NCBI RefSeq assembly: GCF_964204645.1
Contig: NC_134028.1
Span: 3,038,001 to 3,102,000 of the forward strand
Source: Tubulanus polymorphus
Taxonomy: Eukaryota; Animalia; Nemertea
DNA length: 64,000 nucleotides
Direction of reading: 5' to 3'
Below the pieces are notes generated by a model. It was not told where the DNA came from and made no database searches. It saw nothing but the letters and a program-made list of their open reading frames with translations. The position numbers were made by a program, and so were the translations under genes. Of this stretch, positions 38,101 through 52,300 are shown one piece after another. Numbering within the stretch: position 1 is the stretch's first letter; every line of letters begins with the position of its first letter.

Positions 38101-40354
38101 GAGTTATATATAAGTGTGATTATGGACACATAGACTAGGGTCTAAAATGAAAGGTCGGAAATATCATCGATAATGCATGTGTATTGAGGAGTCAAATAAT
38201 GGAACGACTAGGAATGATCTTACCTCGAATTCTAGTTTATGGCCTTGAGGATCGACTGAAACAATCAGATGTTTACCAATAAACATTCCCAGCAGGCGAA
38301 TTTGAGGTACAGAACTTTCTAAATGTGGCTGTACACCTTCTAAAACTTTACTCATCACATCTGAAACAGTTTGAATTACTGATACATATTTCCTAATTTA
38401 TTCATATCACAGAGATTAATTATGATTTAATTTACCGTCTTTATATTGTTTTAACTGCTGTTCATCCATGAACGATACGCAGACAAGAATCGCTTTAGTG
38501 ATGTAGCTGTGTTGTTCATAAGATGTATGTTTGATAGCGCTACCATCTCCCCAAACTCGCAGTAATGATAACAATACCTGGATATCACAGATAATGGAAA
38601 TTAGAAATGTATGCAGTACCTCAGTTGGAAAAGCATAGATTATTTGAATGTACTACAGTAACACACCTTAGGAATCAGCTTCCTACCTTCGTTTGATAAT
38701 GATAGATAACCTATGATATTTTGAAGTATTTTTCCCTGAAACACACAATAATTCAAAATAAGTAAAAACATATCTTAAATAATTTGATGAGATATTTCCT
38801 GCATAGCGCACCTCTTTGAAATATCTTTGTAGCAGCATTTTCTTGCAAAGTAAGAATTCAACTTTATGATTGTTTATCACTGCATCACCGAGCAACTGAT
38901 GTACAGACCCGTACCTAAAACATGAATAGCACTTGGTTTCTGATGAAATTAGAAAATGATTAGGGTTTTGAGAATCTTGAGAAAATTTACCAATCAGCTC
39001 GTTTGATAATAGGAATAATGACGGATTCTATACAGTTATCAGGTACACCAGTAATGACTCTTTCACAAACACGTCTCCAGATGAAGTCATTTTCAGCGTG
39101 TTTTATAAGAACTGGCAACAGCTCATCCCATAAAATATCTAGAAATAATAAAAAAAACTCAGTAAAACATGAATCAAAATGATGTTCCGATAGTCAAGAT
39201 ATAAAACGGTTAAATGGTATATTTTTGTTCAGAAATTTTCAAACCTGAAAATCCACAAAAACATATTCGCCCACAGAGAATGCTGACAAATTCTAAAGAG
39301 CAGACACTATCTTTTGATAAACAACTATGAGCCTGTTCCATTGCAGACAATATACCATCTGATATGTATCTAATGTATTTTCTTGGTAAAAATTCATCGC
39401 TGAAATAAGAGAGTTCCATAATATATAAAACCATTAAATAATATGAAATCTAATCTTTCAAGTTTCATTCATGTAATAAGATCTACCCAACCTGTTTTCT
39501 GTTTTCAATTTGTTGGCCATTTTATCGGGAAAACTGATCAAACCAGCTACGAGTTGATCCCACATAGTTTTGTGATGAAAACTTTTCACTGCACATTCCG
39601 ACAATAAAAATTCATTCAGTTTCTTCGCGAGTAGATATTTTTCTAATAAAGACACTAACAGGCTGCACTGATATCCTAGGCTGCAAAACATAATTCATTG
39701 CACAATTGAAAATCCGTGCAAAATGAAATAATCATACAATTGTAGAGTGTATCTGCTAGGGAGATGATATCCTCCATTGTCGGTATCCCGTGTCAAAGTA
39801 AGGTATGCTATCCCAGTTTGCCTCAGATTTAAGTTTCTAAACCAGAAAACCCAGGAAAGAATTTAATCAAACATCTTCTAATGGCGCAATCAGAAATTTC
39901 TTGTTTACTATTGGGAGGTGTCATTTCTATTTCTGTTATCCACAAAAGTATCCCAAACATTGGAATACTGCAAAAATTGAGCCTAGATATGGAATAATCT
40001 TTACCTGCAAGACTGTATACATGTTGTGAGGCAAATAAAACTATCAGCTGGAGGTCCGTTCAGTACGACTTGTTCCATCAACTTATTCATTCTATCCTTT
40101 GGGAATCTGGAGATCCAATCGACGGAAATCATCTGCAGAAATCGTTCCAAAAATCGTGGATAATGGTTCCGAATGAAATCCGTTGAAACTTCTGAAATCT
40201 CTGACTCGGAGAAAGGTAGATGTACAGTTCTGTATAATCTACGTTCAGTTAGTAGTGAGACGATTCCCTGTAGGGAGTGTAATCCATTCTCCGGGTCGGA
40301 TGACTGACTTAATGAGTTTAGAACAGTTTTGACATAGGCGCGAATATCTGCCAT
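35176..40354 (-). CDS. TELO2: Telomere length regulation protein TEL2 homolog (TTT complex, PIKK/mTOR chaperone)
   Basis: ATG at 40354; about 18 exons (e.g. 40005-40354, ~37543-37632, ~36693-36958, 36098-36162, 35392-35590, 35176-35217). Motifs SDLDSDDDLQPYDMSHD (CK2-type site), WRDVVQKRIESKTRRF, NKFASVAGNFFFPL, EKDPDTESKKLA. Stop TGA at 35178-35176. Confidence 0.93.
35644..36057. mobile_element. Non-autonomous DNA transposon with 5-bp TSD in a TELO2 intron
   Basis: CAGTA|CAGGGTCCCTACAA ... TTGTAGGAACCTTG|CAGTA, with multiple TCCTTGAA subterminal repeats at both ends. Confidence 0.8.
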
Positions 40355-41152
40355 CGCAGTGGAATTGAACCGAACTGAAATCACTGGAAAAAAATTCATA
40401 GAATTCTGATGTAGGATGGAGGAAGATAAATGACAGTTTGTATCACACAACCTAACAGATCCATAATGGGATAGGGTTTATTGGCTGCAAAGGTTATTAT
40501 TCTCTGGTCTGGTTAATAAAAAAAAGAAACATAGGACTTGCTAATAATCAAGCCCTGCTTGCTGTATCATTTATATAGTAACTTTTATCACTAAAATAGG
40601 CCTAATAGGCAATAAGTATAGTTTAATAGTATATGGCGTTCCGTTTCGATCTATTAGGCTATCAATAATTTTATATCAAGTAATTGATTGAACCGTGTAT
40701 TTACGCGGAGAGGTGCGGATCTGCACTTTTACCAAGGGTTCTACTGCCGGGTTGAATACGCGCCAGCAGTAGCCAGCTGAACAATCGTGGAACTTTTAAG
40801 GCCATAAAAATAAATTACTTGATTCCCAACAGCTCCCCTCCTAATTTAATGTTTCGAATTGATGATATCATTGATCTGAAATAATCAAATAATTACGAAT
40901 AAATTTAGATTATTAACATGTTCTTAACATTATTTTCAGTGTGCATAGTAAACAATCGAGTTCACTTTTGACATTTCGTCTATAAAATGCAAAGTTTTTC
41001 ATTTTCTATCGAGACCTGTGACGACAGGCCCCAGATCCTCTCACGGGACATCCGGTCGACGACATTGAGATAGTGGCGATCTTAACCGGATTCAATCCAA
41101 TTCAATTAACCGGAAATGTCGCTTATCTACCGAAACGTTTTATTGTGGAGCC

Positions 41153-41167
41153 GTTGCCCCAGGAAAC
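41153..41167. promoter_or_regulatory. Candidate RFX X-box upstream of DNAL4
   Basis: GTTGCC-CCA-GGAAAC fits the X-box consensus, 80 bp upstream of the ATG of an axonemal dynein light-chain gene. ETS-like ACCGGAAAT at ~41109. Confidence 0.6.
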
Positions 41168-41246
41168 AGTAGACACTACTGCTGCCGAGGGAGAACTGTC
41201 GAAAGTTGGTCAGTTTCTTCAACAAAAAAAATCAGCAAAACTCATC

Positions 41247-42037
41247 ATGGCAGAACCACAGGAAGATAAGAAAGAAGAAACTAAAGCACGAGTTCACACC
41301 TACCCGTTAATACGGGTAAATATGTCTCTGTCGATATTAATTATATATTATCCAAATTTCGTTTGGCCTTTATTATGGGCCCAGCCAGATTGTCAACTCA
41401 ATAAGTTGGCCTGGCTCTGATGGATGGTGTAGAGCTCCATAGTTTATGATTTGTTTGTTTTTTTAGCACTCTGATATGCCAGAAGAAATGCGCGTAGAAG
41501 CAATGGAATTATGTGTCACTGCCTGTGAAAAATTTGCTAGCAATAATGAGGTAAGCCTAACCGCCCGGGCCTGTGGCTGTCACAATACATAGGTGTGTTG
41601 AAGTGTGATGGAGCGAAATGTTGAAAGTTGCTGTATTGAGTTAACTAGGCCTACTAGAGCTAGCTCAAGGAAAGATTAGGACTTTAATTTTCATTCTAAA
41701 TGTGGATTTTCTAACTTGCTATTGGGTAGTCTGAAAACCAGTCGTTGTTACCGGTCGGTGTGGAACGATGGCTAGGTACTAGACTAGCTCTTGGGGGCTG
41801 CCATTGCTAATGGTTTAATTGAACTCTAACCACCTTACCATACAGTGAACAATTCAGATTTTGATATTCCAGAATGCTGCCAAAATGATCAAAGAAACAA
41901 TGGACAAGAAATTTGGAGCATCGTGGCACGTAGTGGTCGGTGAAGGATATGGATTTGAAATAACGCATGAAGTGAAAAACTTACTGTACATGTTTTTTGC
42001 TGGAACTATGTCTATTATTTTGTGGAAGTGTTCGTAG
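41247..42037 (+). CDS. DNAL4: Dynein light chain 4, axonemal (105 aa)
   Basis: Exons 41247-41315, 41467-41550 and 41873-42037 give HTYPLIRHSDMPEEMRVEAMELCVTACEKFASNNENAAKMIKETMDKKFGASWHVVVGEGYGFEITHEVKNLLYMFFAG..WKCS*. Confidence 0.97.
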
Positions 42038-43362
42038 AGTGTCCGAAACTGAATCAAAAAATAATCAACTTTTGAAACTTGTTTATCGAAATCTGCTGAT
42101 TACTACTACATCTTGCGCATACAACCTTCGAAAAATGACTTAGAAACTTTAAGAAATGCAATTTGTAACAAAAACATTGTTATTGTTTCTTGAGAACGTT
42201 AACTGAAATTTGATGTCTATCATTCCAAAAAAATGTTAAGTTTTTGAGAACATATGTTAAGAAAAAAACGTCCATATCTGAATCTATGCATAGCCTACAC
42301 GCCTATTTCTCATTAACTAGAAGGATATTACATGTATACTGGTACATATCAGATCTGCTATTCTATGCCGATAACGATGTCTTCAATCCATAAAATAATA
42401 ATCCCCTTTTTAATTCTTTTTTTGTCAAATATTTTGTATATTTATCCAAACGAAAGTTATGGTTGATTTAATGAATTAATATACGAGTAATTTGCGGTTT
42501 CAATCGTTGTCCATTGTGTACATATATTTTGGTTATTTTACAAATATATTAAAAAGAATTTCATAATATTATCATATAGGAGGCTCGTTAGTTTATTTAC
42601 TGTGATTTCAATATAGGATAGGAGTATGCGTTTGTCTAGTGTCTTGGAATAGCACAACTATTCCCATCAGAAACAAGTGATGACTTCCTCAGAAATTACT
42701 TCAAATAGCCTTTGAATGGAAAGGAATGCTTTGATGGCTGGAAGTTGATATCCCGGAGGGGTTTGGGGTGGGAATTCCGCATGATTGATGCTTGAGTAAT
42801 CATTTCATATGATTACTCCAAGATTGATGAAAGTGTCCTTAGTGCACGTGCACCACCAAATGAATTCAGACGACATGATCCAACCGACCAGAGTGTCTGT
42901 GACCCAGAGTGAAGAAAACCGAATTGTTCTTACCTCTTGATGCGTACATAGGATACCAGATTACAGCATAAATTTGGCACATATGGTGGACCAGAATTAT
43001 ACCATAACTTCCCTTATGAGTGGGCTAAAGGCATTTTATGAGATGAAAAATACCACATCACAACACCATGACATTGATTTCAATAGGAAAAGATTTATTT
43101 TCATTTTCAACAATACAATGCAAATACCGGTACATAGGCTATGCACGGTCTCTTGTATAAGACAGTTCAAACAATACAATACATTTCTTCTGAGGGCTAG
43201 AAATTAATGAAGACTAGAGTTTGTATATATAAACAAACATGTAAGAACTGTAACAACACTGCAAATAGTATACATGTATTAGAATTCAGCATGATGGGGA
43301 AGGACTAGTCGAGCGTGTATATGATTACAAATATTCAGCAAAAGTTTAAGGGAGTTCTTTTC

Positions 43363-46300
43363 TCACACGTAATCCGTGAAATCTTCTTGTATCGAGCCGT
43401 TTCGTGAGCTACTTGTTTGTTGATCGTCACCGCTTTTCTCTTGATTTATTTTTTGTCGAAGTCGCTTAATTTGTCGTAGACGCTCGAGCCAGTTCGAAGC
43501 GTATGGGTCGGAGACGTTATTTTTGTGGCGTTGCAAAATCATCGACGCCAGCTGAAGAAAAAGTAAAAATCCAAAATTCAATCAGATCTAGATTGAGATG
43601 AAGTATTTTGAGCTGATCATGGAGAAACTTACATTAGCATGAAGGGCCAATTGTCGAGCTAATACAGCTAATTTCGCATCGGAGATCAATTTAATATCTA
43701 CCAAACCGATTATTTCCGCAATTTCCGGTCGAGCCTGAACTGTGACTGAGTTACAGCCGTGGTCTAATGGTTGAATCACTATATTCACATAGTTAAACTG
43801 ACCCTGAAATGATTTTTTCAGTCATTTCGTCAAAATGATCAGACTAGAATCGCATATTTACCACATATTTTCACACTTACCTTAATAGTGCCAATCTTGT
43901 ATTCATCGCTGCTATTATTATACACAATAGTGACGTAATCATTACCGATATGAAGTTTCTTCGCGTTGCAGTTTGGATCGGAGGTTCTATTTGGCATCAA
44001 AGTTGCGACGTGGTAGATTACTATAACAAATAAAGATAAACAATTTAAATCAAGCTTCTGATTAACTAAGAAAATATAAACTCAAAACTCAATGAGTCAC
44101 CTTGCATAATATCATCATGCCAGCTATAAGCAAACTGTCCATCAGCTCCACCCGTTGTATCGAGACCACCGACGTAATTATGTTCTGGATTACATTCTTT
44201 AAGATAGAGCAACGTGCCGAGACCAGAGAGAAAAGCAGCATAACGCGACGATCCGTAGACATTAGATAAAATCTCTGTTTCATTAGTTGCCTGATACATA
44301 AGAACAGAATTCAATATATATGAAATACCAACATGGAATGAAAAACACGTATCGGTGACCAATGATTTTGAAATTACCTGTCCCGGACCAACATACAATA
44401 CTCCAATCTTATGAGTTTCATACGCAGGGATACGATCCAATACTTTGATAGCCCTCTCAACCACCTTTCAAAAAGAACAAGATCATTTGAAAAAATATAA
44501 TCAATTTTTAATAAATTCATCAAGTTTAGATCGGAGCGTCCGTACCTCTGATTGTGGAACCAATTTCGGTCTTTCATCACCCGAAGCAATGAATGAATTA
44601 TGATATAACTGCAGGAATACGAAACTCGGACTGAGCCCTTCTTTAGAAATTCTACCCTTCGTTATATCCTCTTTATCGGCTGAACTTTCGAGCACGGGCA
44701 TCATTATCGCTACGGTATGTCCCCGTTGTTTTACGCGAACTGTTTTATTTGTCAGAGTAGATGGTAATTCTTTAACTTCGTCGGTTCTCTCTCCAGCCCG
44801 TATGCTCTGATCAACATCACTGTCTTTATTATTATTATCTGAAGTTTTACCGTCTATCGAATTATCGCCAGTCACTGAAGATCCCGCTGTTACTTCCATT
44901 TTCGTTTCAATGTCGATGAAAGGACTGTGTCGCTGCTCGGTACCAGCATTCCCTTCAGCAATCTTCTCAGAATCAACTGCAGTCAGAAGACTATTAATAA
45001 CTGTGTTCTTTTCACCAGTAGTCAGCGGTGTAGTCTGATCCATAGATTGCGATAGATTATTATCCTTACTCGTATTAGAATCAAACGACCATTCACTGAT
45101 CATATTTGGTGATGAATGAACTTTTCGTAAACCTTTCTTGTTGAGAATATCAGGAGATTTGTTAGTCTGTAAGAAGAATAAAGATTTGCTTTCTAACCGA
45201 GAAATCATCTCCACTCCAACGAATGTGAAAATCTCAAGTACATACCTCAGTTTTTTCCTCTGTGTCTTCAACTGTTGATACTGCAAAAAATATCACAATC
45301 ACTTTGAATATAACTCAAAATATATCAAATACCTAACAATGAATCCTTTAAGTTATTCGTTAAGATTAATTTCATAAGAGATATCAAACGATAGAGTTTC
45401 TATAAGCGTTGGAAAAACAATGAGTGAACAATGAAAGCATCCATTTGAATATACAGATATCAAGTGAAATGAAGCAAGGCATAGATAAGTTACTGGGTGA
45501 GCATAAGCCAAAAGCATGTGAACTTAAAATGAAAATACATATGGTTCTTAATAATGATATTGTTGTGATATTTAAGAGTATATGTATATAAACTAGAATG
45601 TATCATAAAGATTATATTTTTTCCATTGATTGATGGTCATCATCGTTGTTACCTCGGAAAACTAGATAACACTCAGGAGCTCGGAAATTTCATCTATGAA
45701 CTACCTACCGGTGGTTAAACTACTTCTGCGCAGGTCTGATGGGGGCGTGTCAAGCATCCACGTCAATTTTGGTGGTTCTGTACATGTGTATATATAGAAC
45801 ATTCACACAACATATAAGTAAAATAAATAGATCAACCAACTACCCATAATAAAACAGTATCGAGTGGTTTTCTTTTGAGATGGAGATGTATTTGATGAAT
45901 CTGCGCTAACCAAAGAGCAAAATTAATGCAAAAGCAATGCATAGTCGTTCATATGCTGTCAAACATTAGTGAAAAATGTTAATAAAAGCCAACGACAGAG
46001 TGGAAAAACGTGAACTATATTTGAAAGAAAATAAAGGAATAACATTAGACTATATCTACAGAAAAATCTATAGAAACAGTTTGAGTAGTTGATGTACACT
46101 TAGTGGAATTCAACACATCGAAAAGGTTTCATTTATCAACAAGTATTTGGAGTGAATATTATGTACAACCATAGAAAGAAAGAAGCAGAAATCAGAAAAT
46201 CAGATGCAGAAAAAGGAATAACTTACCAGACGATGCGAGTTTACGTCGCGGAGACAGCGCTGGTTTCTTGCTGTCATCCGTGTCGAAATTTTTCTTGTAA

Positions 46301-49300
46301 AGAAGTTCGTATTCGCTGTCACCGAGACTTTCGCTGTCGATACGAGCGTGTCGATAATCATAACTCTCGGCGTGTTCGAGAAACAACGACGAAATATCAT
46401 CGAGAGGGAAATCCTGAACTTCACTGGGGATGAGCTGGTCATTCTGAACGCGCATCATCCACGATACGTTACCGGTCGGACGACGAATGTAGACCTCCGC
46501 CCAACCTTGACACCAGCAACTACACAAATGAGGCGTTTCACCCGGCATTGAATCTGTTGCCTTCGGTCGATGACCTAGAATAATAGGAATTCAAATTATA
46601 ATGAAAGTGATGATAATGTTAATCTTAATATAACGTTCTCTTTACACACTCGTAACGCTACAGAGCCCCATTATGACATTTCAATCATAAGTTTCATTTA
46701 AAAAAGTGAGTTTTAAGGTCTACTTAATAACAACAAATAATAGGGACTCGCTATCTTAAATTAAACTTATCTATCAATAAAAAATCATTTGATCATGCAT
46801 ATCGAAACAACTAGCTCTATAAAGCTTGCTACTTACTATATAAAATGTCATCAACGCTCTGTAATAATAAATCTATATCTGCTGAACTGAACGGCATCTG
46901 CAGCTCAGGTTCTGACGTTGAAGGTGAAGGTTTCATCTCTTCGGAAAACTACAAACAGAAACCATGAAATTCTGAATCTCAAAATCAAGCTACCTCTCAC
47001 TGAAATATCAACAAGGCTAAGATATCGTGTTACCTTAGTGTGCAGTTGTATATCATCTTGACTCGTAGGTTTATCTGGTACAGATTTATTACTGACGCTC
47101 ATGACGGCTGCTGATTGGTGTCGCCTACGTTTAGATCTCAAATCAGACGCCGAACTCGTCTCCAAACTATAATACAAGCAATTAACAAATGATTTAACTG
47201 GATGCTTGGATGAGACAAGGGTTGCATTTTCAAGATCGAAGAAAGCCATAAGGTTTTTATACACCGATTGTACAAACCTTTTTTCAATAACAGGGTTAGG
47301 GCTATCTTTACTACCGATACTGTCCCTATGTTGTTTATTAGGTGTTGATTCTAAAGCTTGTGAAGCTCGACAGACATTTTCACATTTCTCGCACAGACCA
47401 CTGACGCGGTTACCACCACCACTTGTGGTTATTGTAACCAACTTGTTGCCAATCAACCAGCTTTGACTCTGTCCTCCAGACAATATGAATTCGGTCACCG
47501 GGGTTCTGAAAAAACATTAAAATTTCTCAGGAAAATTGTGGAATCATTGACTTCAGAAGTTAAAGGATTTCTAGACACTTTCTGGAATATCGGCTCTTAT
47601 TTCTTATGATTTTGAGATCAAGAATCGTGATAAACTAACCTTTTAGGCATAGATGAACATGAAGAGAATGTGTATCTAGCCATCATATCAATACATGTGT
47701 CTGATAGTTCTTTGTGAAAGATTGACATGTCTTCATCGACTGCTTTGTTTGGACTTTTCTGAGTTTTCTCGGATGGTTTATCTCCGACTTCACGGACATG
47801 TCGTTCTGCAACTGGTCCAGCAACGCTGTAAGGTCGGTTGTTCGGACGTCTGCGTAAGAAAATTAATTGAACACAAATCAATATCGAGATATCCGTCATC
47901 ACAACAATGCACAGTTAGATACCGGGACAATACCGGGGTATACCAAACATTAATATTAGTCACTACTACAGAAGTGCGATATTAGTTTCTGACATATAGC
48001 GATAAAAACAATACTCTTGGATATTATAACAGTTGGTCTTTTTATTAGGTGAACTAAACTAGGATACATTGCGGAGAAAAATTCAAAACTACCAGGCTAG
48101 AAAATAGTGGGAAATCCCTAACACTATGCCTACCTTCTGAATTTCATTTCAGCATGGTACAATTGACGCATTGACCTAGCATCATTACCCCAAAACACTT
48201 GGGATAGAGTGATATATGCAGAGGAATGGTACGACCCATATTGAAATACATGACGAAGCCAAGAACAATTAAAAATATAAGATCCATGCAATCCAATCCC
48301 ATGTTTTCTTAGATTTCATAAAAAAAGATAATTTGTAAGAAAGGGAGATGTGAATTTCTATGACATTGACTCTAAACATAGTTTCTAATTGGGATGAGAC
48401 ATAGTTATACCAGTAAAAGCTGTTATATGAGAAAATACTATAAATGGAAGCATCTGAGGGACCAGTTTATATAAACATATTTCAAATGAATAACTATATA
48501 CTTTCGAAAAGAAGACATTTCCTCAACCTTTGTAACTTATAAAGCATATATTTCATGGATTTAATACTCAAATGTCTGTTAACTCACTAGACTATAAGAA
48601 GAAATAAACACACAAAACATTTTCTCTATACTGGATTTCCAATCACTACAAGGTTACTTACGGTTGAGTCTCCATTGTTGGGGAACCTGGTATGTTTGTA
48701 CTAGAACTGAATGGTGGAAAAATCAATCAATGATTTTATCTATCACTTATTTCTTTCTCTTGGCACAGCGGATGAATATGACATTTAAAATCAATTAAAT
48801 CCATGAATGAACTACCAGTAATATTCCGCAGAGACCCGTCCCGTAGGCAGTTTCATAATCTACTGCTTTTATGCATTCTAAGAGAAGTGATAATACAAAT
48901 ACAAACCTGCGTATCATAGTCTCGTTGAAACTGCGAATACGACCACGTTCACTCGAATCCTGGTTCAACAGGTGCAGTTTTGATGTCTCTTCGAATTGTC
49001 GCAGAACATTTGCTTTCAATCCCTGCAAAGAAATCTAGGCAATTTAGCCAGTCTACTGACCAGAGAGTTCATCTCTCAGCGAAAATAATGTCTTGTACCT
49101 TGTTGATGAATGAAACAAAGTCTCGTCGGAACGGCAGACGACATTTAAGGAACCACATTGCTATCACATGATGAGCTAAAGACACTGTATAGTGATTAAA
49201 CCTTCAATATAAAATCATATGAATAATACAATACATAAATAGGAATTTTGCATGGGGGGTTCATACATTCAAATGGCTGAATATTTCTAGAATTTGGCTT

Positions 49301-52300
49301 TCTGAGACGCGTTGTGATATGAATTGATGGGGTTATAAGTAGCTGAAGTATCTACAGTGGGTAGCTAGGCTTATACAATAATCCTGGAAACGTAGATCCC
49401 AATCTTTCCTGGAGGTTTTAGGCAATTAGTGAACCCCTGGATCCTCCCCTGGTTTTAAACACTGTTTACTGAAAGTGTCTAAAACATGAATAATCAACGT
49501 CTGATATACTCACTTGAATGGGTTTGTGTAAGGTAATGCGATAGCAAAGATGCTCATATATTCCTTGCCGACAAAATTAGCGTACAATTTCGGTAATCTA
49601 ATTAGACCTATAAATACATTAGATGTTAGATTTAGCTGACCGCTTCAATGGTCATAGAAAAACGTATCTTTTCTCATAAATTCTCACTTACTAGACAAAA
49701 ATTCCAGCATCGGACTCGCCATAGAAACGGTAGCAGAAATTTGAGACAGACGCACGAGAACAGCAGAGACTTGTCGCACCATTATATCGTGCATCTCAAG
49801 CGTACAAACTGTCAATGTCGATACACAGATTTTTGCACATTTCGATACGAGGCCAAACTTTAAACATCCGACTAAATCAATCTGCAATCAAGTGAGTGAA
49901 ATAGTCAAGGAATAGAATAGATAAATCAATATGGGTAAATGTATGTGGTGGGTGCGACTATACGACTATGACGTACCTGTTTTGATTTGTCAAGAAATTT
50001 ATGATAAGACGCTAAACACGTCAGTACAGGAAAGATGTGACTGTGAAAATCTGAGCGAGTGAAGTGCGGTGGAATATTCAATAATCGATCCATCAATCCA
50101 AGATGTGGATCATTCACCTTCATAAAATACACACAAAAAAACACACGTCTTATCACAAGAAAATTACAGCTTTCAAAGATCGATTTAATAGATTCATCTA
50201 AATACATACCAAGGTACAGAGTTTTGAGCATAACTTGTCAATAGTGTTATACGCTGATAAAATCAGAGTTTTATTCTGCATTACATCGGGTAAACTGTTC
50301 AGAACCAGCTTCATAACTGGCCAATCCAGTTCCTGGCGAAAAATAGAAAAATTGGCAGACTTTTATATAGGTATTATATTTGATAATCTATAGTAGAGAT
50401 GAAATAGAAGTTTTCTACTGACCACTTCGAGACAGTCGAGAATTGCCGAAATAACCTTCGCGTAAGGTAGAACGGTGACTTGTAACGGAGGGCCGAAGTT
50501 ACTAGTCGGAGCAATAACGGGAGGAGAACAGCTGACACTGATCGCTCGTTTTAAGAATGATTCAGTTCTCTCATCACTACAATTCAAAAGCATAAGCATA
50601 TTACAGATACGCTATGGTTATTTTGTGAGGACAAAAGGGGAAAACTTGTACCAATCATACTTACAAGGTATCACAGATAAGATATGGCGAGTAGGCATAT
50701 TTATTTTCTTTTTCTTTACTCGGAAATCCGAGTCGACACAATGAGTCAGCTCTTAGCAACAACAAACATTCGAATATCTACAGAAAAACCATGAATACAG
50801 GAAAATAACGATAGCCTGATTGAGCGAAACAGAGACGGCAGCCGGTTCAGTTCGATACTTACAGCTTGTCGTATTTCACAAGCGGTTTTCAACGTATTCT
50901 TCTCTTCGTAATGAGATTTTAAGATGGCGATCAGTAAATCATACGTTCGCACGGCGTGACTCTGACTGCGATATATCTTATTCTGAAATATCAAGAAAAA
51001 CGAATATCACTACCATGAAATTAATTCATTTGCGGTTTGCTATAACAACATATCGGGTTATAATCACCTTGAAAATATTGACAAGTCCCAACGCGGCAGT
51101 TTTTGCATCTTTTAAGCTGGCATCGTCTGCGACTATATTCGTGAATTCTTGACTCGTTTCACTCAGTGAAATACTGGATGTAATGGAAGTAGTGGATACA
51201 GCTTGTGTGAAATTACGACAAACTACCTAAAATCAGTTCCATTCAAAATATCTAAGAGCTTGTAATTAAGCATTTAGGCACATCAAGCATACAGGACTTT
51301 TCCCTGACACTAAGTTGTTTACCCTATCTGCTTGGTATCCAATCAGTCAAATACGTAAGACATAGACAGAAACTGTTTGATTTTACGCGCGATCTAGCAA
51401 TCTTAACATATTTCCCTAACTTTCCACTGATTTTTAGCTTTAAAACAAAATTCCCCGACTTCTTTAAAGAAAAGAAATCTCCCCGACTTTTCCCTGATTT
51501 GCAGGTAAGTGGCCAACCTGATCATATATCGTTCATGAAATCAAGTCAATACACTACCTTTTCGAGGTGATCTAGAATATCTATAAATTTTGCGGTCTGA
51601 CAGGATTTAGCAAGACTAACGAGCAATTCAACCGCTTTGTTGCGCACTTCAACATCTTGATCAAGATCTAAGTTAGTCAGCTGAGGCAGTACAACCTGTT
51701 CAATGAGTTCATCCTGCAATATTACAAGTGGTAAAGTTATTCTGATTGAGGTATGTGTTAGCTAGCAAGGTCGGAATAAATACTAACCTCATACACATCT
51801 TTGTGTGAATTCAATACATTAGACAAGATTCCTAATGCTTTTATACGGATTTGAGTCCTCGTTTCTGACCTGAAATTCATTGTACATAACTCTGGCATTT
51901 TAATTGGAGCGCCCACAAGCTATTTTACAATGCTAATAGCATAGGAAGATGAGAATATTTTCATTGGTTCTCCTCCACACAAACCTGTAATATTTCTCCA
52001 TAAGTTGACATAAATGCAGAATCCAATTTCCTTTTGTTGGATGAATAGCTTCGGCTTTATACGATATCAATACAAGAACGGAACTTTCCTACCGACGATA
52101 AAGTAAAGAGAAGTTATGAAAATTTCACCTTTGTAATCTAATTTCATCTGTAGCTGTCGTGTAAGCGTGAATTTAGAAAGCCAAACTGGATTAAACATCG
52201 GTACTCACCGGGCGACAATTGGCACATTTTTCGATGATGGAAAAGAAGCGGTCTGGAGAGTCAGGTGAACAGTAGAACTGGTCTTGTTCATATAACTGTT

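Noticed and set aside
41073-41246. N-terminal extension of DNAL4 from the GTG-started ORF
   Set aside because: The ATG at 41247 gives the typical 105-aa DNAL4, and the upstream part overlaps promoter motifs.
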